From Tubiluchus corallicola (Eukaryota > Animalia > Priapulida), in NCBI GenBank assembly GCA_030141605.1, contig JAQGDQ010000054.1:682001-746000 (forward strand): a DNA stretch of 64,000 nucleotides, given 5' to 3'. The notes below the pieces were generated by a model, which worked only from the letters and a program-made list of their open reading frames with translations, did no database searches and was not told the origin of the DNA. The position numbers were made by a program, and so were the translations under genes. Below, one piece after another: positions 36,735 through 60,535 of the stretch (the first letter of the stretch is position 1; the number at the start of each line of letters is the position of its first letter).

Positions 36735-36848
36735 CATGCTCAAAGGCTAATGGCCAAACACACTCAGTAAATTAACCATTTTAGTTCAGCTGCTGAATTT
36801 TGATCATTCAAGTTGTTTCCATGTGCTATTTAGCTTCCCGTGTCTTAG
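36735..36848 (-). other. DGCR8: Candidate DGCR8 non-coding 5'UTR exon (114 nt) containing a hairpin
   Basis: Minus-strand acceptor aaagttttcag| (AG at 36850-36849) and donor |gtatct (GT at 36734-36733). Stops in the DGCR8 frame, so non-coding; self-complementary. No transcript data. Confidence 0.55.
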
Positions 36849-37829
36849 CTGAAAACTTTATGGGTTTAATTGCAAGGCTTTTCAGTTCCATTGATATACA
36901 GTTTTATTTTGGTTTATTGACAAAATTAATAAATCCAGAAAGTCTAATAAATGACTACAATGTTACAAATAAATGATGAAGTTACATCATTGAAATTTTG
37001 TGTGCAATATCATTTGACATATAAAGTAACTGAGAAGATAACAGTTTAAAATTATTTTTAGAGCAGCATTATTTGAAATGTATTTTATCCGACTTGTGAA
37101 CGATCAGTATTAGTGAAGAGCAAAGTTGGTCGACTTATGAATCAGATCATTACCCAAAAATGCTGAATGGCCTATCACTAACATTTCTAAGAATGTGTGG
37201 TAGTGACAGGCCGATCTCACGCAGCTAGTGAGAATGTGCCAAAGCAGGAGTCAGGAGCTTTTTATTTAATTGAGTAATTAATTTTATTTTATTGACTATT
37301 TTATTCTGATTTTATTGTATGGTGGGCAAAATTGACAGAATTTTGCATTAAAACTGCTTCACAATTCATTGCAATTGTAATATTAAACAGTTAAATAGTT
37401 ATGTATAGATTTAAAAAGCAGTAACTACTAACTACAAACAAAGGGAGTACAGAACAGGACCTCAATATAGCAATATTTAGCTATATATGGCTGTCTTAAC
37501 TGAACTTCTATACTAGATTATATATCAAAATGTTAGACTTAAACATAGTATCAAAAAACAAAGCAAATAATTTACAAGCTCATTCCAGGTAATATGAGAA
37601 TGGGTCAATTTTTCACAGGTCAAATTAATTACTGTAGTAACCAGTATTTATGTGTGTAGCAAAGCAACAAAGGGTTCACAAACATCCAATTGTTATATGA
37701 CTGTTCATTTGAATGCCTTTATTTAAAAGATGATTATGTCATAAGTCTGTAGGAATTGTTTTATTAAACAGTAAATAGTATGTGCTCCCTCTTATTTACA
37801 TAATTTGTTGCTTTTGGTTAACAGAGACT

Positions 37830-38542
37830 CATCTACATATAACCTTTGAAATCGTAACAACTTTGCATTGTTTCATGTACATAGTGAACAAATTATAAAT
37901 ATTTTTCCCTGCCACTGTGGTTGATTGGAATGCTCTTCCTGTTTTCATACAACAAGCTCTCATTATTTGAAAAAACACATGAATTTTATTAATAAACCCA
38001 AATATTACTCATACGGCTCGCCCCCTAACTCTATTCACCATACACGACTAATGGTGGGTTTCTCTCAGTATAAATGAGTATTTAAACAGTCACCGTGTAG
38101 AGATTTGGAGGGTAACATTGTTCTGGAAAATTGTATAGATCTGTGGTTTTTCAACTTAAAAGTAATAAACATTTTTTTTGCTCGATTGCCCTTTGCATGT
38201 TGCTAGAAGAGAGGAACTTGAAGAATGGCTAAGAAACCTATACCAAACAAACATATTAACTTTTAATATAAATAATTCTGACCCACAATTTTCAGTTTTT
38301 CTTTCTGGTAGTTCTCTACTAAGTTATGAACAGAACATCATCGTATTTGACCTGGTACAGCAATATATTGGTTCATCTAACCGTTTTAATTATCTTAGTT
38401 AACAAATAGAATAGTTATGTATATTTTGTGTTTTGTTTTTCCTGTTAAACTGTACTCCTGTAAATTTTGATCAGGGAACTTGATCAGCATTTACTTTCTG
38501 ATTGCCAATGTCAATTATTTTAAATAAATGTTTATAAAAAAA
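37830..38542 (+). mobile_element. 5'-truncated CR1/L2-like LINE 3' end
   Basis: FFPATVVDWNALP, HFFxLDCPLH..RE, then AATAAA and an A-run at 38524-38542. Confidence 0.65.
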
Positions 38543-38800
38543 CTAGTATTTAATAAGACTAACAGCAATAAATAATTTATGACGTTTGACCACTTATTCC
38601 AAGGTGTGTAATTGTGGAGGAGCTAATATAAGTGCGCCAGATCTATTTGACAAATATATCACAGGGTGTAAAATAGGAGAGTTGCCGTTCAATTGTAGTC
38701 ACAGGCTCTATTCACACTGAATCCAAACCGTAGTAAATTGCACTTGAATTTTGAAATAACAAAAACCGATTGTTCTGAATTAAAAGAAATTTCTTCTTAC

Positions 38801-38870
38801 ATAAGTATCACGGGAACAATTTCGTACGGTGACAAAAATCATTACATAGAAAGTCAGAATCAGCGGAGAC
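38801..38870 (-). other. DGCR8: Candidate DGCR8 first (5'UTR) exon
   Basis: Minus-strand donor |gtaaga at 38800 with CpG-containing sequence above it; the 5' end is a guess (bounded by the TSD at 38871). Confidence 0.35.
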
Positions 38871-38875
38871 ACTGA

Positions 38876-39689
38876 TGTTGGGAGTCGAGTAGGACACTAG
38901 CCGAAGTAGGACAATTGGCGTACATAGGCTTGCCCAAGTAGGACACGTCGTTCATGTGCTCTAGTAAGCCGAGTCATGCTTGGGCTGCCCAAGTAGGACA
39001 CTAGAGACAGGTCACGAATTGAGTCGTTAACCATACTGGCAGCGTCCGTTGTCCTTATTTATTTAATAATAATAATAATAATAATAATAACAACTAAAAA
39101 CGTCAAAACACGTCGATTAAAAAATTATTATACATCTACTAAAATAAAATAATCTTATTCTGAGCTAGAACGGCCAATATTACATTTGGCTTCGATATTA
39201 ATCTTTTAAAGTGAAATAAGCCCGCTTTTTACGCGATTCCAACATTTGCTTAATATCATTTTTCATTTTGTTTCGTATCACAGACAGGTGATCCGTTTCC
39301 CTACCTCTTGGACAAATAATTGTTTTCTACTAAGCAAAAGTTTCATTTCTTAACTTGCTATTATTTCTGTAATAATTGTGTGCATAGTTTTTCTCTTTGA
39401 AGCATTAGATACTTAGTTTAATGATGAGCTAACAATAATGATGATATTATTGTAAAAAATAAATTAATTTTTTAAATTTTCAAGGACTATCCATCATTAC
39501 TATAAAATTACTTTTTTCTAAAGCAAACTTATTTTTATGTTTCATTATGTCATATTTCTCGATTGTCGAGAGAAATCGCCAGTGCCCTACTTGGGCTGCC
39601 CATGTACGACACTGCTTTTCAGCAAATTTAGCACATGCGCTTTAGCGGACGTGTCCTACTCCGGCTAGTGGCGTACTCTGCGTCGAACA
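38876..39689. mobile_element. Non-autonomous TIR element with TGTT...AACA ends and 5-bp TSD
   Basis: TSD ACTGA (38871-38875, 39690-39694); imperfect ~40-bp TIRs; AGTAGGACAC-like motif repeated 4 times at the left end and 4 times (3 inverted, 1 direct) at the right end; no ORF. Confidence 0.8.
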
Positions 39690-40086
39690 ACTGAAAACAC
39701 TGAAAAGCGAAAAGAGATGGAGCGACCTTTCGCAGGGACACGGTGTCGTCAAAACAGAAAAAAGTAAAATAAAAGCCGATCAGTCAACTACAATAATTAT
39801 TGTTTTTTAGTTCACTTAAAAAGTGATATAGGCTGCCATATTGTGAATTATTTTGCAGGATGTTTGAGACACGCTGATGATTAGGGGTGAGCATTGAACG
39901 TTCGAGTTCGAATGAGTTTTTTAGTTCGATTTCGATTCGAACCTAAAACTAGAGATTCGAATAATTCAGCACTTCAATCACACACGTTCTTTAATCTTTA
40001 TCACTAAAACGATTGAAACATCATGCAATTAGCATAATTTGGCTGTGATCTCTGTGCACACTTTTAAACAAATTATTGGTGGTTTT

Positions 40087-40668
40087 CAGCGGCGGATTAT
40101 GATTTTATGGGCCTTAGGCTTGAGCTTGGAACGGGCCTTTTAAATGTTGCTACACTGCTGAGCTGACGTGTTTTTGTGGAGCTCTCGTCGTTTGTAAGTT
40201 TGTTTAATTTTGTGAGTTTTTGCCCACCGTTTGTGATGAAAATTATAAGGTCATCTCTAAAGGGTGACAAATTAAACAATTTATCACTGATGCATATTGA
40301 GTCAGATATGTTGAAAAAAATGGACTTTTCAGAAATTATAACTGACTTCGCCCCCAGAAAAATTCGGAAACTGAAATTTTGAACTTAAACTTAATACTGT
40401 GTAAACGTGAATTGTGTAAACTTAAATTGTGTAAACTTGAATTGTGTAAACTTAAATTGTGTAAACTTGATTTGTGTAAACCCGATATATAGTGACTGAC
40501 TTTTGAAAAAAAACTTTTTTCTATATTTTATTTTGGCGGGCCCCTTGCTCTTTTGTCAATTTATTTTTTTTTACAAAAAAAATTTGTTTTTCGTTTTGTT
40601 TTGCCGGGCCCCTTTGATCCCGGGCCTTAGGCTTCAGCCTATTCAGCCTATAGGGCTATCCGCTACAG
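40087..40668 (+). mobile_element. Second hAT deletion derivative nested in the MITE, retaining the transposase C-terminus
   Basis: Ends CAGCGGCGGAT / ATCCGCTACAG, TSD GTGGTTTT vs GTGGCTTT; 40176-40382 encodes IRSSLKGDKLNNLSLMHIESDMLKKMDFSEIITDFAPRKIRK (hAT dimerisation C-terminus, ZMYM1-like). Confidence 0.8.
40398..40481 (+). repeat. 15-bp tandem minisatellite (tgtgtaaacttRaat), about 5.5 units
   Basis: Direct reading; lies inside the nested hAT element. Confidence 0.85.
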
Positions 40669-42413
40669 GTGGCTTTACTGCAGAACAAAATCGAATATTA
40701 TGCAGGATCTTCGTAAGGCTAATTTTTACTGTGGTACGAAAATCTTTCAATCTCAATTTGAATTCGATTCGAATCCACTTTCTGGTAGAGATTGCTCGCC
40801 CCTACTGATGATCTCATTCTTATCGTCCGTTTTTTGAAACGGTTACAGGAAATGGTTGAAATACATGAAAAATATGCTACTGAGCATGATGTTGTATTAA
40901 CGGTGAAAAAGTGGGTTTACTGGCCACAAATGTGTTCCATAGAACGACAAATTTGTGCAAACAGTGTAAATATGGAAGATGCTGTACATTTAGCTCATAA
41001 TTTAAGTACAATTGACGACATCATGGTTTTTTATACTATAACCAAATTCTGACCAAGTTTTAATATTCTTAAGATTTATTTTAGCCAAGAAAATTCTGAT
41101 TTACAATGTGAATCGTTTAAACAGTACTGTTGTAGTTTTTACGGCTTACCCTTATGGAACCTATCTAGTTACTGTGCTGCCTGGAGAAATGCTCTTCGAA
41201 TGATATGGCGCTTATCTCTCAGAACATTGTAATATCACTGCTTTTCTTTCTGATTGCTTACCTTCAGAAATAAGCTTTAAATTAAGATTCAGTAAGTTTA
41301 AACCTTCATGTGTCAATGATTAGTCTCATGGCTTACACTACTATTTGTAACCCATTTTCGTCTTTTTGTAGTAATATTACTGAAACGTGCTCAGAAATAA
41401 GATTTGTGACTCATAATTTGGCGTCTCTACGTACTGATATTTTAAATAAATACTATAAGAATATTCCCGTAGATGTTAACAGTAAAGTTAAGAGAAATGA
41501 CTGATTTGCGTGAAAATATCCTGCAATGTGTTGCACTTGAGTCACATGATGTCGATAGCGTTATTAATGAAATATGTGTTAATAAGTATGAGATTTTTAT
41601 TATCGTCTTCTTTAGACGTTTTTTATTTTTCTATTACCTGTACTTATTTTTTTATGTGTGCCATCTAATTCTGAATTAATGTGCGAATAAAGACTATTAT
41701 TTTATATATTTACATATATTTTAAAATCAGAAAATAATAAGTGTGAATATTGTATTAACTTTTAACTAGCTTATTTCTGTTGATATATACAAACAAGACT
41801 TAGTCGTATAGTACCTCATCTCACCTATTGTGATGTAATTCCAGACAGACCGTATTTTAGTAATTAGCTCTGAATATATCTAATAACTAACTGTTATGCG
41901 GTTGTCATTGTAATCGTGTTGTCTAGTTCAAGCGTTTTTATCACTGATTCTATATTAGGTAGACATAAGTACTGCATAAGTTACTCTGTAAAGTCATATT
42001 GGATAATAAGAGTTCCTGCATTTGCCAACTTAAGTCAATTATTTGACACACAGTACGTAATGACAAAAAACTTCAGTTGTATGTGGACAATAACATGGCT
42101 CTATGAAATAATCGTACTCAGTCAGGTAAACGCGTACACTTATAATTAAGGTGTACACAATGTTTTCATTACTTCTATACTGGAAATTATAAGAAAAATA
42201 ATTTGTGGACTTTTCTGGCTAACAATAATTTTAAGTTTATAGAAAATCGTGTTTAATCTCAACTGGAAACAGTTGGAGTAACAGTGCTGTCCTTGAATGG
42301 TACACAAGAAGTATGCTTTACCTTACGAAGCAAATATGTTTCTAAAGTAGCTGACGGAACTTTACATAACTTATAATAAAAATGTCGTTGTTTTTACAAA
42401 AATATATTTGACT

Positions 42414-54678
<12,265 letters not shown>

Positions 54679-56239
54679 CTTAGTCAGTAGTTTGCCAGAT
54701 CATGCAAGGCCTTTATCCATCTCATGCAGTACTTTTCACGCATGCTATTCTAAAAAATATAATTTATACATTCAGTATACGTTAATTTAAATTATGCAAA
54801 TAATTTTTACAAAAGCTTTCGCTGTAAACTTTGTAGAGGTTTTCGTATACAATGTTTATGCCACATCAGCTGCTTTATCGCATGCACCTTTGGAAAGGGA
54901 GGTCACCTTAATTAAGAGGCACTTGATCTTTACTATTTCGCGCAAAAGCATTTGACTTAGTTTATGACTCAGACGCCAGATGGCTTATTCAGAGCGGCAA
55001 ATTAAAGAAACAAAAGTAATCGATGTGGTTTGTTTGTCAATTTTTGTTTCTTGTCTTGCTTTTATCTGTTTGTTCGTTACACGTTCGTTCGAAATTAATT
55101 CATACAGTCACTTACTTTTTCGATCATTTATTTGTTTTGTTCACATACTCATTATTTAAAGTAATTTACTCATTTGTTTTGACTGTTCTTTTGCTCGTCT
55201 TTCTGGTCATCTGTCGGTCGGTTTGTTCATTTGCTAACTCGTTAATCCATTCATTTCTTTTGTTTGCACGTTTGTTTGTTTATTTTCAGTTCGCTGTTAT
55301 TTTATTCGTTCATTCTTTTATCTGAGGATTCGTTCAGACGCATCTGTACCAGTGGCAGCATCGGTACATGTTGAAAAATACAGCTCAGTTTTGTGTTTTT
55401 GTCGAAAGAACTTTCAAAGATCCATAATGCTACTGACTGAAAGCGTTTAGCTTTTACATACTAGGAAATTCGATATTATAAAATGTGAAGTCTAGCTTCG
55501 TACAGGATGTTCTAGAAAAATAGTGCAGCAGAAATATGCTAGTATGCTGAATTATGCTGATCACATCACAAAGATGGTTTACCCATGGCTTCTGTACTAT
55601 GACATCATAATGACGCAAAAATACAATTATATTTGCATAGTTTCAATTTTCGTGCAACTTGGGTTTTGTACATTCCAATATGACATATCAGCACATTTTA
55701 CTACTGTTTTTCTGGAATACCCTGTATTGTAAGAAAAGGGGATTTATTTTGCGCAACACAACAGCTAAATTTACTTTATGAATGCTGTTAATGGCATGAT
55801 AACAGGTTTATGAACAGAAAGCAACGACTGTAATTGGCTCAGCTAGATCCTCCGCTGGTCGCACTTTATGAGCTTATAAAGCAACTGCAGCAATAACAAG
55901 TTCATAATTATTTCGCTGAAAATTATTAAGCGGAGCTTGACAGTAAGTTCTTTCCAAAAAGCCAGATCCAGGTTGGTGAAATGTAGGGTGTAAATAATTG
56001 ACGCGATAGACAGGATTTTCTGTACCCGATGTGATAGAGATACAGTGGAAATGTGGTGCCATGGTGAGGTGCCGTGTATTGGTGCTCTGTAACAAGTCAG
56101 TGTGTGGTTAGTGTTGTGTGTGAGATGGTGTGTACAGTAAATGGTTTCAGATGTATCGTATTATTCACATGTGGTTTTCTATAATTCTTTGCATTGGGTT
56201 ACCACGTCTTATGTTGCGTTAGTCTTACTTTGTCCTGTG

Positions 56240-56357
56240 GTGTGTTATTTGTGTAGCACTGTTTTGCAGTGTTGTGTTGTGTTTGTTGTGCTGTGTTGTG
56301 TTGTGTTATATTGTATTGTGTTGTTTTGTGTGTGTTGTGGAATGTTGTATTGTGTTT
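56240..56357. repeat. Degenerate (TGTTG/TATTG)n low-complexity tract
   Basis: Direct reading. Confidence 0.75.
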
Positions 56358-59300
56358 AATGTTGCGAATTATATTATGTTCTCCCCGGACGCATTTCCAT
56401 CTTATTGAAAAGCTTAATTGCGAACCCTATTACTGTCCATTGACCATTGCTTTTCTGTTGTTTTCTTAGCAGTCGGTGAAATGGACGTTTACAGAAACTT
56501 CGACCTTCAGAAAAAGGACGAGTAGCGGGAAAGTTGTTATGCCACGGGCAAGCATGTTCTATTTGGGTAAGTTGACGATGTCATCGCTGGGAAGCAACCA
56601 AGGTCAGCGGAAAAGTAGAGGAGGAAAAAAATCGAAGGCGTGAAAGGCAAAAAACACGGTTATTAGTACAGGACAAAATAGTCTAATTTGTTCAAACGTT
56701 TCCCAAGAGTGTGGAAATGCACTAAATGCAGGCACACGTTCTGGAAGATAAAACTAGTATTGTTGTATTGAAAACATAACGGTTTGTAATGGACCACATT
56801 ACAACTAAAACATTGTCTCAAGTCAACCGCCGCTGCGTAAAATGTACAGAGAATTAATACACTAGATTTACAATTTTTATAATTCGTGTTGGGAATGGTG
56901 TACATACGCGTTCCTTTGGTGCTCGAAACATGATGGCTTACGCATCGCGCAGGCGTGCGTTCTTGACGCACCGAGAGGTGTGCGTCAGTAAGCGCTGCCT
57001 CTACAATATAATACCACTGCGTAATTTGGTAGAAAATAAAGGTCCAACGAAGTAGAATGATTAAAAACGTTACTGAATACCTGTTACCAACGCTCTACAA
57101 ATAAAAGAGAAAGTAACTCTATTTTACTGCTGGAATTTAGTACCGACCAAAAAGCACAGTTTTACTTGCCAACGTCAGGTGCGTAAGTTGGTAGGTAATA
57201 AACGCTAATTAAACGGCAAAAGAAACTTGCGTAGATGCTAAAACTCAAATTATTCATTGACAAGAAAGTAAAGTTGCTGATTTGCAACGCAGTGTTAAGG
57301 GTCGATTTTGCAATTAACCTATATTCATTTTAAACGTTAACCTAAAGGAGGTGACCAACACAAAACAACAGCAAGAATTTAAATAATGGCAGGTTGTCAC
57401 ATGTTTCACCTACAGTTTGCTTTATTTTGTTAAAATCGAAAACAATAGTAATCCATAAACACTAAAGAAACTAGACAGCCCTAGCTGTTAAATGCAAAAA
57501 CAATTAAAAATAATATGGCGGTGAGCTCGCCATACACAACTTATGTGTTGTATATTACGTTTATAAGCATCACTTAGCATCCGAATTTAATTTATTTTTA
57601 ATTATAATTTTAATATTCACACTAAGTCCTTTCTGTTTACTGCAAAAGGAATTTAAAACAAAATGTTTTTGAAATTCGCTTAGTTACAGGTTCGTACTAA
57701 AATTGTTTAATAAATTTATTGTGCATATATATTCATTAACATTTGTCAGTTATCAAATACCAGATAATCACAGGTGAGTCAGTTTTTTAGAGGCAAAAAA
57801 TTTAAACTAAATACACGTATTTGAGGCTATTTTACAAGCTTTGATTTATTTTGAATGAAATTGAAGTAAAAGGGTTCAGTTAAAGTTTTGGCAATAATAA
57901 AAGACATTTCGGCAGACGTGACTAAAAATTTCGATGTTAGAAATCCGTTATTGACACCAGAAATGACCTTTTAATATTAGAAGTAATTTGTTAATATTAA
58001 ACTAATGTTAAAATGCTACTTTCCTGTTCACTTTTCCAAATATAATTTTAAATGCTTGAGCAATAAAAATGGTTTGTTTACCTAAGGAAATTTGGATAGA
58101 ATAGCCTAGAAAAGAGCATAAAGGTATGAAATTTAATACTTAGAAAGAAGAGCGTAATATTACCCAGTGTTCAGAGTCATAAATAGTAGGACATTCCCTT
58201 TTTAATAATTGTAAAAATAGCCGACCTTTACACCCACATACACGTAGCAAATTTTTCACGTGCCTTGAAACCGGCTTAGAAACGTAATTAGAGAACTGTG
58301 ATTGTGCTGCTCACTGATGACACAAACGCCTGCAAGTTCGTAACTGAACGGGAAACAGTTATACCCATCAACCTTGCCACTGTCAGCATTAATAATCACA
58401 CGCAATAATAAGAGACGGATGTGTCAAGGGGAGAAAAACAGACAGGAATTTGAAAAGGTTGAGAATTACCGTTAAGACATCTCTTTACTGCGATTGTACT
58501 GCCGTAGGTGACATAAATCGTGACAATTCTAGGTCATGCAAATTGCGCATTTTTCACTAATTTGCCCACTTTTAATCTTATGCACGTTGCTGTACTCTGC
58601 TTAGAAAGTTAATAGTAAGTTGTCATTGCTGTAAAGTTCTGTAGGCCGATGTAACCGAAAATATGACCCTACGAAACCATAGTTTCTGAGTTATGAGCTT
58701 AATTTGTTTCAATGACGTTTTGCAGACTGACTAACTGGGCTAAGAATTTGTCGAAAAGTAGCGGGACGACTGCATGAAGTACAGTAGCCGACACCGGGCT
58801 GGTGCTTCGCCCGTTATTTAAACGAACTTGACAGTTTACAAAAACGCTATTGGATTGTAATTGCATTGAGCCGATTGCATCATAACGTCAATCTAGTCGA
58901 GTCTAATTTGAGGTTAACCCTGGAAAAGCCGGCACATCGAAAGCCAGTTGAGTCTCTTTTGTGGATAATCTTTATGAAAGATGCTGCCCCAACTCACGCA
59001 CTGTACTTGCTGGATGCGTAATAACCAAGCCCAATAACCAAGGCATAATTCAACTGCGTACATGTGACATTTTACCGCATTCAAGATTTTTAGTAAAAAG
59101 GTTGGCATCAGAGAAACGAAGGTGTGTGTAAAGCAATAAATTAAATATTGCCGAACGACAATATTTGCCCGAGTTTATACAAAAGTTTATAGAGTAATCC
59201 GTTCAAATCCATCTCAGAAATGATGCATAACTGATCGGTGAATAATTATATTTAGTAGTAAAGTGTAGACCCATTTGAAGGAAAGTGTTACAAAAAACAC

Positions 59301-60527
59301 AAAGACGTGAGAGTCCATTTTGACAATGAGCTCAATTTCCTACCCACCCAGTTTTAGATTACGATGATTTCATCTGGACTCACACTAAACTACTGCATAT
59401 AAGCAAGGTAAAAAGATAACAAGTTGCAACCTTTCATATTCATAAAAAAATGCAGTCTCAGATTATCACCACTGCGATTCAAACGCATGGAGGGAATAAA
59501 AATGCTTTATTGATTATTAAATAACTACATCAGATTAAGTGCAGCAAAGTATGCAACGGATGAAATCGTGGAGGAGCTGGAGTGAAGGTGACACAAACCT
59601 AGGTGCAGAATGGTTTATGCTTTCGCTTCACACAGTAAATGACAGGCACTCGCTAAATCCAGTTCGTGGATATACAAATGCCAAAAGCCAAAAGGACTAG
59701 AGAAGATGCTAAAATACATGTAAAAGTACTTATCTACCGGATTTACCCATAGTTTGACATCAGGTGTCCTCAAGGCAAAACTCTTTAAACTATTCCAGGA
59801 ATAATACATTACATACGCCACAAATGTCACATACATTACGCATGTGACCAATATTTATAAATCAAAATTGTTCAACAAATCACAACAAAAAGAAGCAATT
59901 AATGTAACAACTACGCGGAAAAAACTCATTACATCTTCGACCCGTTGCTATAGGTAGCAAAGGTAAGGCAGCACGTAGAGATGGGCCTACCAGTCAGTTT
60001 ACAAATACAAATGCTACACGCATGGTAACACTATTCATCGATTACAATGAAATATGATTTCATAATTCATTAGTACCATATTACAAGACTTACAAAAACA
60101 AAAGATACAAAACATTACGTGTCAAGCGTCACCCATCCAGACACCACTAGGAGATGGACCAAAAAGTAATTGTTGTCAAGTGAGTAAATCAGAAGCAGCT
60201 GAGCATAAATAAAACCACAATGAGCGAAAAAAGAAAAGAATAATATTACACAGGTACACAGGTATTATCATTATTAATGTTAAAATGTCTTGTTAAGGTG
60301 TTGATTCAAGAAATCGGAAATAAAAAGGAGAATTTATTGTTTTTCTGAACTACTGCATGTAGCTGCAACTTGTTTAAACCGTTGAATTTAGCTAAATAAT
60401 CGCATTCTAAGATAAAAGATGGTGTTGAGAGATGTATTTCTCAAGCTGTTAATCAACTAGCGTCACTTTAACACAAGCAGATTGATGTTTTGGCGACGTT
60501 GCGCTTGAGAAGTTTAACTGGTCACCA

Positions 60528-60535
60528 TATAAAAA
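60528..60535 (+). promoter_or_regulatory. Candidate TATA box for the putative right-end gene
   Basis: TATAAAAA about 80 nt upstream of a consensus donor (caa|gtaagt, 60617), preceded and followed by CpG-containing sequence. Confidence 0.3.

Larger units (their letters stand above)
39882..40804. mobile_element. hAT MITE inserted in the LINE RT
   Basis: TIRs TAGGGGTGAGCA / TAGGGGCGAGCA, perfect 8-bp TSD CTGATGAT, TTCGA subterminal repeats. Confidence 0.9.
39800..41700 (+). mobile_element. 5'-truncated LINE (RT + C-terminal part) split by nested hAT insertions
   Basis: IGCHIVNYFAGCLRHADD | LILIVRFLKRLQEMVEIHEKYATEHDV rejoins across 39882-40804; later FKQYCCSFYGLPLW..WRNALRMIWRL; AATAAA near 41686. 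Confidence 0.8.

Noticed and set aside
40398-40481. Regular repeats, superficially CRISPR-like
   Set aside because: Head-to-tail 15-mers with no unique spacers, inside a eukaryotic hAT element; no cas genes.
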